Positions 57,197 through 64,000 of a stretch of 64,000 nucleotides of DNA are shown one piece after another. The position numbers and the translations under genes were made by a program. The notes under the pieces are model-generated. The model was not told the origin of the DNA. It was given only the letters and a program-made list of their open reading frames with translations, and made no database searches. The DNA lies in assembly GCA_014764515.1 (NCBI GenBank), contig JACXWD010000014.1, positions 122 through 64,121 on the forward strand, given 5' to 3'. This stretch comes from Candidatus Polarisedimenticola svalbardensis (GTDB taxonomy: Bacteria > Acidobacteriota > Polarisedimenticolia > Polarisedimenticolales > Polarisedimenticolaceae). How positions within the stretch are numbered: the stretch's first letter is position 1; each line of letters opens with the position of its first letter.

Positions 57197-58603
57197 ATGG
57201 GGAATAAGACAATGCAGAAGGTGGATCAGGCGGGTCGCGCCGGGCGTGTGCTGGTTCTGGACGACGAACCTGTCATCCAGGATGTCCTGCGCAACCTGCT
57301 GGAAAAGTCCGGCTACGAGGTTACGGTGCTGGGCGATGCCGCCGCCGCCCGGAAGCTTCTCTCCGAGGACGGCGACTGGGACGTTTTCCTCCTCGATTTC
57401 ATGCTTCCGGATGAGGACGGCATGGAAGTGCTGAAATTCGCGCGCAAGCTTCATCCCGAACTGGTGGTCGTCATGATCACCGCCTTCGGCACCGTGGAGA
57501 ACGCGGTCTCGGCGATGAAGCTGGGCGCCTTCCATTACCTCACCAAGCCGTTCAAGAATGAAGAGGTCCGCCACCTTGTGGCCCAGGCGGCCAGGACGTC
57601 CAGCCTGCGACGGGAGAACAGGGACCTCCGCAAGGCGCTGGAGGAGAAGTACAAGTTCGAGAAGATCATCGGCAAGTCCCGGCGCATGCAGGAACTGTAT
57701 CGATTCATCGACCAGGTCGCCTCGAGTACATCCACCGTTCTGATCCAGGGTGAATCCGGCACCGGCAAGGAACTGGTGGCCCAGGCGATACACAGGCGCA
57801 GCCTGCGGGCCGCAAAACCTTTCCTTGTGGTCAACAGTCACAGCATCCCCGCCGAACTGCTGGAAGACAACCTGTTCGGCCACGCCCGGGGCGCATTCAC
57901 CGGTGCAGTCGGCGCGAAGAGAGGCCTTCTTGAACTGGCCGACGGCGGCACCATTCTGTTCGACGAGATCAGTACGATCTCCGGCGATGTTCAGGCCAAA
58001 CTGTTACGGGTGATGCAGGAGAAGGAGTTCCTCCCGATCGGGGCGCTGGAGAGCCGCAAGGTGGACGTCCGCATTCTGGCCGCCACCAACGAGAACCTGC
58101 GGGACCTGGTGGGCGAGGGCCGGTTCCGGGAGGACCTGTACTACCGGCTGGCGGTGATCAGCATCGACCTCCCGCCGTTGAGGCGACGGGTGGAAGACAT
58201 CCCGCTGCTGGCGGAACATTTCCTCGCCAGGTACATCAAGGAGAATCGCAAGGAGGTTGAAGGGTTCACGCCGGATGTCATGGCGGTGTTCATGGAGTAC
58301 GGATGGCCGGGGAACGTCCGGGAGCTCGAAAACGTCGTGGAGCGGGGAGTGGTGCTGGCAACCGGAGACCGTATCGAGGTCGATTCGCTGCCGGCGGATC
58401 TTTTCGGTCCGGGACGGACTCCGATGGTGCCGGCCCTGGTGGAGGGAGTCGGGCTGAGCCAGGCGGTGGCCGACTTTGAGTCCGCTCTGATCCGGGCAGC
58501 CCTTGAACAGGCCGGGGGAGTCCAGAAGAAAGCAGCAGAAATCCTCGGCCTGAAGCCGACCACCCTGAACGAAAAGATCAAGCGTCTCGGGATAACTCAC
58601 TGA
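57197..58603 (+). CDS. Sigma-54-dependent response regulator (REC - AAA+ - Fis-type HTH), NtrC family
   Basis: Receiver (VLVLDDEP...[12 protein letters not shown]), Walker A GESGTGKE, sigma-54 contact loop [16 protein letters not shown], and C-terminal [26 protein letters not shown]. Confidence 0.93.
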   Translation: MGNKTMQKVDQAGRAGRVLVLDDEPVIQDVLRNLLEKSGYEVTVLGDAAAARKLLSEDGDWDVFLLDFMLPDEDGMEVLKFARKLHPELVVVMITAFGTVENAVSAMKLGAFHYLTKPFKNEEVRHLVAQAARTSSLRRENRDLRKALEEKYKFEKIIGKSRRMQELYRFIDQVASSTSTVLIQGESGTGKELVAQAIHRRSLRAAKPFLVVNSHSIPAELLEDNLFGHARGAFTGAVGAKRGLLELADGGTILFDEISTISGDVQAKLLRVMQEKEFLPIGALESRKVDVRILAATNENLRDLVGEGRFREDLYYRLAVISIDLPPLRRRVEDIPLLAEHFLARYIKENRKEVEGFTPDVMAVFMEYGWPGNVRELENVVERGVVLATGDRIEVDSLPADLFGPGRTPMVPALVEGVGLSQAVADFESALIRAALEQAGGVQKKAAEILGLKPTTLNEKIKRLGITH

Positions 58604-58848
58604 GTTTGAACGTCTTCCGTCGAACGCCGATCCGGGAGGCTCCGGGACTGCTGCGGGGGTGCAGCAATAGATACCCGGCGGCTGTGCCGGAATACCGGCT
58701 TTGCCATAAATAATGTATCGAACGCTGGTTACCGGCCCGGATACCGCCCCGGTTGACTGGGGGAGGCCCGGGTGATAAAAAACCGCGGGGTCCTTATGGA
58801 TCCCGAGGCACGGTCACCAGCCAGAAATAACTGTCCGGCGTTGTCGAG

Positions 58849-58864
58849 GGGCACTTCAGAGGCG
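58849..58864 (+). promoter_or_regulatory. Weak candidate sigma-54 (-24/-12) promoter upstream of the TonB-dependent receptor-like gene
   Basis: gGGCACttcagagGCg: GG (58850-58851) and GC (58862-58863) are at the canonical 12-nt offset, and the -24 half matches GGCAC. The -12 half is AGGC rather than TTGC. The RBS (58881-58888) and ATG (58892) follow. Confidence 0.25.
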
Positions 58865-58891
58865 CGCCGGACCAGTCAGCAGGAGGAGAAC

Positions 58892-61800
58892 ATGCGGTTG
58901 CTTCGTATCGCCGTCGTCATGATCGTTGCGTTCATGGCGGTAGGCGCCGTATCCGCCCAGTCCGGTGGACTGGTGGTCCGGGTGCTGGACGCCCAGGGAC
59001 CGCTACCAGGCGCCATCGTGACTCTTTCCAACGAAAAGGGGTACGTGAAAACCGTTTCCCTGCCGACCAACGTGGACGGCGTCGTTGAATTCCCGATCCT
59101 CCGTGCCGGCACAGGCTATGCCTATGAGGTGTCTTTCCCGGGTTACGGAACCATCCGCAAGGACAACGTCCGGATCCCGATCAACGAAACCGTCAAGGAA
59201 GCGGTGCAGTTGAGTCAGGAGCTGACGGAAACCCTCAAGATCATCGCTGAGAGGGACGTGATCGATCTCGAGAAAACCGAGACCTCCAGTAAGTTCAGCG
59301 ATGAATTTATTCAGGACCTGCCGGTGCCCGGAAGGTTCTATCAAAATGTTCTGACCTTGGCCCCGGGTGTGCAGGACGCTGATGGTGACGGCAACCCGAC
59401 GGTCCATGGCTCCCGCTCAAGGGACTTCAAGGCGATTGTCAGCGGCGTCAGCAACGTCGACCCGCTTACAGGCCAGCAGTTGAACCAGGTCAACCCGAAC
59501 TCCATCGAAGAGATGGAAGTGGTGACCGCCGGAGCCAGCGTTGAGTTCGGCCGCGCCCAGGGCGGCTTCGCCAACATCATCCAGAAGCAGGGCAGCAACG
59601 AGTTCGAGGGGTTGGTGGAGATGATCTACCGCTCCGACAAACTGGATGGCGACGCCGGTGCGGGAGCCCAGGGCAGCGGCGTCAACAAGGCGTCCTATAC
59701 CGTGTTGCAGCCTTCGCTGCAGTTCTCCGGTCCGCTCATCAAGGACAAGCTGTGGTACCGCATGTCCCACGAATATATTGATCGCGAAGATCCGGTGGAC
59801 GTCACTTCCGCCGTGGTGATCGTCTCCCGGAAGTGGTCCATCAACTCTGATCAGCTTACGTGGCAGGTCTCGCCCAGAAACAAACTGGCGTTCCAGTACC
59901 AGAATGATCCCCTTGAGATCACCAACCTGGGCGTCAGCTCCATCCGAGGCCCGGAATCGGCGATCAATGCCGAGTTCGGAGGAGACACCATATCCATGAC
60001 CTGGACCGCGCCGTATTCGCCGAAACTTCTGGTGGACACCATCGTCGCCTACCAGGACACCGAGCGGAAGTTGACCCCGACCCAGGGCGCAGTGGCCAAT
60101 AACTGTTTCCCCAACAACCCTGAAGATCCGAACAGCGCACTGGCCAACGCCTACTGCCTTGATTTCGTGAACATTCGATTCTCCGGCGGCTGGAACCGGA
60201 TCGACCTCGATCATCGGCAGAGATTCTCCCTGGGCTCCACCGCCAACCTTTACGGCGGCCGGTTCTGGGGTATGAACCATCGGTTCAAATTCGGCCTCCG
60301 GGTCGAGAACGAACGCTACTTCCGCGATCTCACCGTCGGTCCGTTTGTCCGCAGGTTGTTCGAGGACACCGGATTCACCCCCCGTGGCGGTGACAGCGGT
60401 CCGGGCGGCACCGATCCGGGTGGCGGAACGGTTCCGGACGGTGGCGAAGGCGAGGAAGACGAGGAAGATCCCGAGCTTACCGAACTGTCCACCCAGATCC
60501 TGTCCGCCCGGGTTTCCATCCCGGGGCGGAGCCAGTCCACGGCCACCGGCACCAACTGGGCCTTCTTCGTCGAAGACCAGATCAAGCCGCTCCAGAACCT
60601 GACCATGACTTTGGGAGCGAGAATAGATCAAGAGAACCTGAACGCTCAGGGCCGCTCCCTCCTCGATCCGGAAACCGAATTCAATAACTACCTTTCGGAT
60701 CTGGACCTGATCGAGGCCGGCCAGGTCGCCGAGGCCACCAACATAGAGCGGCTGGCGCTCATCGTCGCCAACTTCACGGCCCGGGGCAATGTGGTTGACT
60801 TCTTCGAGCAGGTCAGCAATGAGACCGGGTTCGGAGGCATCGGGTGCAGTGGATTGTGCACCCCCAGTTTCCGCCTCCGGAATCAGCAGTTGCCCAGTGA
60901 CTTGGCCCTTCGCAACACCAACATTTCCCCGTTTTTCAGTATGGCCTGGGATCCGTGGAGCGACGGCAAGACGAAGATCTCCATGGCGGCCGGGCGGCAT
61001 TACAACAACACCCTGCTGCAGATCCCGATGCTCGAGCTGGAGCCGGTGTCTGCCGATGTGGTCGTCGGCTGTGACGGTTTCAACTGCCGTCCCAGCAACG
61101 CCAACATCGTGCCGAACATCAGCGAGGTCGCCCGGGACCTGAGAACTCCGTACCAGGATGAATGGGTGCTGGCCATCGAGCGCGAGCTGTTCACCGAGAC
61201 CCTGGCCCGTCTGACCTACGTCAACCGGAAGTTCAAGGACCAGTTCCAGGATGTGGACCTGAACCACGTGCCCGGCGATTATTACATCAACGACCTCTGC
61301 AAAGATGGGGCGACCGATATCGCCCTCGGGTCTGACGGCATCCTTGACGACTGCACCGGTGAACTGTTCGCCCCGGGTGTAGGGGATGACCCGGGTTCGG
61401 GCGAAGATATCGGCGTTGGATTCAACGTCTCCCAGCGCTCCGACGAGATTGCCGACCTGTACTTCCAGAACCCGTTCTGGGGTGAGGTGTATCTGGTCGG
61501 TAACTTCAACCTGTCCGACTACCAGGCCTACGTTCTTGAAGTAGTGCGTCGGCAGTACCGGGGCTGGGAGCTGCAAGGTTCCTACACCTGGTCCAAGTCG
61601 GTAGGTAACGGCGAGGACTTCGGCCAGGTGGCCGGCGATGACCGGACCCTGGTGGATGACGAGTTCGGCTTCCAGTCCCAGGACCAGCGTCACGTGGTCA
61701 AACTCAACGCCACCACCATCACCCCCTGGGGCTTCCGCCTGGGTACCGCCGTAACCTGGCAATCCGGGTTGCCGTACTCGATCATGGACCAGCAGGGCGC

Positions 61801-62116
61801 CCTGGACGGCACCCCTCCTGCACTTGGTGATCTCGGCATCCCGGCCAGCCGGCCCAGGACCACCTTCCCCACCGGAGTCCGCAACAGCGAGAGAAACCGC
61901 TCCTGGTGGAACATCAACGCCAAGTTCACCAAGGAAATGAACCTGGCCAAAGGTATGAACCTCCAGATCTCCGCCGAGGTCTTCAACCTTCTGGATGAGC
62001 GTGTGTACCAGGTTTACAACCCCGGTAACGAATCCGGTCAGCAGATCAACGGGCAGAACGAGGCGATTGTTACTTTGGGTCGTCGGTTCCAGGTCGGCGG
62101 CAAGCTGACCTTCTGA
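58892..62116 (+). CDS. TonB-dependent receptor-like outer-membrane protein with an N-terminal carboxypeptidase-regulatory-like domain
   Basis: Start moved to ATG 58892 (AGGAGGAG upstream). Signal ...VSA|QSGG. CarboxypepD_reg (LVVRVLDAQGPLPGAIVTLSNEKGY...). Plug-like region (LAPGVQDADGDGNPTVHGSRSRD...). Long beta-barrel ending ...VGGKLTF. Confidence 0.85.
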   Translation: MRLLRIAVVMIVAFMAVGAVSAQSGGLVVRVLDAQGPLPGAIVTLSNEKGYVKTVSLPTNVDGVVEFPILRAGTGYAYEVSFPGYGTIRKDNVRIPINETVKEAVQLSQELTETLKIIAERDVIDLEKTETSSKFSDEFIQDLPVPGRFYQNVLTLAPGVQDADGDGNPTVHGSRSRDFKAIVSGVSNVDPLTGQQLNQVNPNSIEEMEVVTAGASVEFGRAQGGFANIIQKQGSNEFEGLVEMIYRSDKLDGDAGAGAQGSGVNKASYTVLQPSLQFSGPLIKDKLWYRMSHEYIDREDPVDVTSAVVIVSRKWSINSDQLTWQVSPRNKLAFQYQNDPLEITNLGVSSIRGPESAINAEFGGDTISMTWTAPYSPKLLVDTIVAYQDTERKLTPTQGAVANNCFPNNPEDPNSALANAYCLDFVNIRFSGGWNRIDLDHRQRFSLGSTANLYGGRFWGMNHRFKFGLRVENERYFRDLTVGPFVRRLFEDTGFTPRGGDSGPGGTDPGGGTVPDGGEGEEDEEDPELTELSTQILSARVSIPGRSQSTATGTNWAFFVEDQIKPLQNLTMTLGARIDQENLNAQGRSLLDPETEFNNYLSDLDLIEAGQVAEATNIERLALIVANFTARGNVVDFFEQVSNETGFGGIGCSGLCTPSFRLRNQQLPSDLALRNTNISPFFSMAWDPWSDGKTKISMAAGRHYNNTLLQIPMLELEPVSADVVVGCDGFNCRPSNANIVPNISEVARDLRTPYQDEWVLAIERELFTETLARLTYVNRKFKDQFQDVDLNHVPGDYYINDLCKDGATDIALGSDGILDDCTGELFAPGVGDDPGSGEDIGVGFNVSQRSDEIADLYFQNPFWGEVYLVGNFNLSDYQAYVLEVVRRQYRGWELQGSYTWSKSVGNGEDFGQVAGDDRTLVDDEFGFQSQDQRHVVKLNATTITPWGFRLGTAVTWQSGLPYSIMDQQGALDGTPPALGDLGIPASRPRTTFPTGVRNSERNRSWWNINAKFTKEMNLAKGMNLQISAEVFNLLDERVYQVYNPGNESGQQINGQNEAIVTLGRRFQVGGKLTF

Positions 62117-62143
62117 TCCGAATCAGAGCACAATGTCCATTCC

Positions 62144-62170
62144 GAAGGGCCGTCGTGATGGCGGCCCTTC
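62144..62170 (+). terminator. Stem-loop downstream of the receptor gene
   Basis: GAAGGGCCG (62144-62152) / CGGCCCTTC (62162-62170), a 9-bp perfect stem with a 9-nt loop. It is followed by GTTGT (a poor U-tract). Confidence 0.5.
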
Positions 62171-62228
62171 GTTGTAGAATACGCTAGACTGCGAACCGTC
62201 AACCTGACCCGATCCACGGGAATACGAA

Positions 62229-63641
62229 ATGAAGATCCACGACACCATGACCCGGAAACCGGTCCCGTTCGAGCCGCTGGAGCCGGGACACGTCCGCATG
62301 TACACCTGCGGCCCTACGGTCTACAACTACGCTCACATCGGGAACTTCAGGGCATATGTCTGGGAAGACCTCCTGCGCCGGACGTTGAAGTTTCTGGGTT
62401 ACCGGGTGACCCAGGTCATGAATATCACTGATATTGAGGACAAGATCATCACCCGGATGCAGGAGACGAACTGCAGCCTGGAGGATGTGACCGGTCCGAA
62501 TATCGATGCTTTCTTCGAGGACATCGATATCTTGCGGATCGAGCGGGCCGAGCATTATCCCCGGGCCACCGACCACATCCCCGAAATGCTGGAGCTGGCC
62601 GAAAAGCTCAAGGACAAGGGCCACACCTACGCCAGCCAGGGCTCTCTCTATTTCAAAATCGATTCGTTCGCCGACTACGGCAGGCTGTCCCACCTGGACA
62701 AGCGGGAGATCCGTGACGGAGCGCGGATCGACAACGACGAGTACGAAAAGGAAGACGCCCGGGATTTCGTCTTGTGGAAAGGGTTCCGGGAAGGGGAAGT
62801 CGGCTGGGAGAGTCCGTTCGGGAAAGGGAGGCCGGGCTGGCACCTGGAATGCTCCGCCATGGCCATGAAGTATCTCGGGAAAACGTTCGACCTCCACACC
62901 GGCGGCGTCGACAACATTTTCCCGCACCATGAGAATGAAATCGCCCAGAGCGAGGCAGCCAACGGCGAACAATTCGTCCGTTACTGGATGCATGCGGCCC
63001 ACCTGATGGTGGATGGCCAGAAGATGTCCAAGTCCAAGGGGAACTTCTACACCCTGCGGGACATTCTGGACAAAGGGTATGACCCCAGGGCGATCCGGCT
63101 CCTTCTGCTCTCTACCCATTACCGCACGCCCCTGAACTTCACCCTCAAGGGGCTGGCCCAGTCCGGAGCCGAGCTCGACCGCCTGGACGATCTCCTGGAC
63201 CGCCTGGACCGGGAAGAACTGGCCCCGGGCAACAACCAGGCCTACGAAGAACGGATCGCCGCCGAACTGTCGGCTTTCGGTAAGGCGCTGGCTGAAGATC
63301 TGAACATCAGCGGCGCCCTGGGAGCCCTGTTCCGCCTGGTGCGGGAAACCAACAGCCGTCTGGACCAGGGCGAGCTGCCGTCCGGCAGCCGGGAGGTTCT
63401 CCGGGAGGCGCTCCTGCGGATGGACACGGTATTGATGGTGATGACCCGTGAAGAGTCTGCCGGGCTGGACGCCGAGGTCGAGGCGCTGATCGCCAGCCGG
63501 GCGGCCGCCCGGGAGGCCAGGGACTGGGCGGAAGCGGATCGGATCCGCGATGCACTGTCCGACATGGGCATCGTCCTTGAAGACACACCCCAGGGCGTGC
63601 ACTGGAAGAGGAAAGGGCTCGGCCCGGGGAACGGAGAGTAG
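62229..63641 (+). CDS. cysS: Cysteine--tRNA ligase
   Basis: HIGH motif (YAHIGNFRAY), KMSKS (QKMSKSKGN), and Zn-binding Cys residues (CGPTVY, WHLECS). Confidence 0.96.
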   Translation: MKIHDTMTRKPVPFEPLEPGHVRMYTCGPTVYNYAHIGNFRAYVWEDLLRRTLKFLGYRVTQVMNITDIEDKIITRMQETNCSLEDVTGPNIDAFFEDIDILRIERAEHYPRATDHIPEMLELAEKLKDKGHTYASQGSLYFKIDSFADYGRLSHLDKREIRDGARIDNDEYEKEDARDFVLWKGFREGEVGWESPFGKGRPGWHLECSAMAMKYLGKTFDLHTGGVDNIFPHHENEIAQSEAANGEQFVRYWMHAAHLMVDGQKMSKSKGNFYTLRDILDKGYDPRAIRLLLLSTHYRTPLNFTLKGLAQSGAELDRLDDLLDRLDREELAPGNNQAYEERIAAELSAFGKALAEDLNISGALGALFRLVRETNSRLDQGELPSGSREVLREALLRMDTVLMVMTREESAGLDAEVEALIASRAAAREARDWAEADRIRDALSDMGIVLEDTPQGVHWKRKGLGPGNGE

Positions 63642-64000
63642 TGCGGTCGGTCCGGCGGATCCTGGGAATCGCACTGGTGTTTCTGGCCGCCGGCACGGCC
63701 TTCGCCCAGTCCGGTGGACTCAAGGTGCAGGTGTTCGGCGAAGATGGCCCGTTACCGGGGGCCACAGTCGCCTTGAGCAGCGACCGGGGATACGTCAAAG
63801 CCACCGCCGTTGTGACCGACCAGCTCGGCGTTGCCGAATTTCCGGTCCTCCGGGCCGGTACCGGCTACATTGTTGAGGCGTCGTTCCCGGGGTACTCCAC
63901 CGTCCGCAAGACCGGAGTCCGTATCCTGATCAACCGTACTTCGGTGGAAGGTATCCGTCTGGCCGATGAGCTGAAGGAAACGGTGCAGGTCCGGATGGAA
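63641..64000 (+). CDS. Second TonB-dependent receptor-like / CarboxypepD_reg protein (paralogue of 58892-62116), 3' end cut by the window edge
   Basis: Not in the ORF track because it is open-ended. My translation from GTG 63641: VRSVRRILGIALVFLAAGTAFAQSGGLKVQVFGEDGPLPGATVALSSDRGYVKA...FPVLRAGTGYIVEASFPGYSTVRK..., which aligns along its length with the N-terminus of the upstream receptor. The start overlaps the cysS stop by 1 nt (TAGTG). Confidence 0.75.
   Translation, partial: MRSVRRILGIALVFLAAGTAFAQSGGLKVQVFGEDGPLPGATVALSSDRGYVKATAVVTDQLGVAEFPVLRAGTGYIVEASFPGYSTVRKTGVRILINRTSVEGIRLADELKETVQVRME

Noticed and set aside
58740-58845. A possible cobalamin riboswitch in the receptor leader (GGGAGG...GGTGATAAAAAACC...GCACGGT...AGCCAGAAATAACTGTCC).
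   Set aside because: It resembles isolated pieces of the B12 element only superficially. The highly conserved B12-box core (…GCCAGGAGACCTGCC…-like, with GACC) is absent, and the pairing partners do not line up. A cmscan against RF00174 would settle it.
59417-61762. A 781-aa ORF antisense to the TonB-dependent receptor-like gene.
   Set aside because: Same reasoning as above. The sense strand carries the signal peptide, CarboxypepD_reg, plug and barrel with a terminal Phe. The antisense product has no recognisable features.

Overview
GC-rich (roughly 60-65% by eye), gene-dense chromosomal segment. I can support about 52 protein-coding genes (two cut by the window edges) and 4 tRNA genes, plus a few promoters, terminators and short repeats. 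All calls come from reading the translations and DNA for known motifs. No database search, HMM or RNA-folding program was run.

Most of the content is housekeeping:
- Central metabolism: PFOR/NifJ with its DHOD-like partner, a fused E2-E1 2-oxoglutarate dehydrogenase, thiolase plus Hbd, and two aldehyde dehydrogenases.
- Translation: serS, gltX, cysS, tRNA-Ser x2, tRNA-Gln, tRNA-Glu, MtaB and a pseudouridine synthase.
- Biosynthesis and cell wall: purE, purD, murA, aroK and an amidase.
- Regulators: an ECF sigma with a ZAS anti-sigma, Rrf2, a PAS-LuxR protein, Crp/Fnr, two histidine kinases and a sigma-54 activator.
- Envelope: two TonB-dependent-receptor-like proteins and one barrel protein, all with carboxypeptidase-regulatory N-domains.

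The host looks like a diderm that uses sigma-54 (Acidobacteria-like outer-membrane proteins), yet it carries several modules best known from Actinobacteria: an RsrA-type anti-sigma, an OdhA/Kgd-type fusion and an MSMEG_0568-like radical SAM protein.

I found no transposase, integrase, phage gene, CRISPR array, toxin-antitoxin pair or recognisable defence island, so I cannot point to a clearly novel system. The observations most worth a second look are:
1. A single-polypeptide helicase / DUF1998 / DEDDy-exonuclease fusion (MrfA-MrfB-like), 42010-44916.
2. A histidine kinase with a predicted periplasmic PDZ sensor, paired with a sigma-54 activator and embedded among outer-membrane barrel genes.
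3. An orphan secreted or lipoprotein gene with codon usage typical of high expression, set between an AT-rich island and tandem terminators.
4. An RsrA-like thiol-switch anti-sigma module.
5. A mixed aminoacyl-tRNA-synthetase / tRNA gene string (serS, tRNA-Ser, tRNA-Ser, gltX, tRNA-Gln).

The many long antisense ORFs in the six-frame track are treated as GC-bias artefacts.
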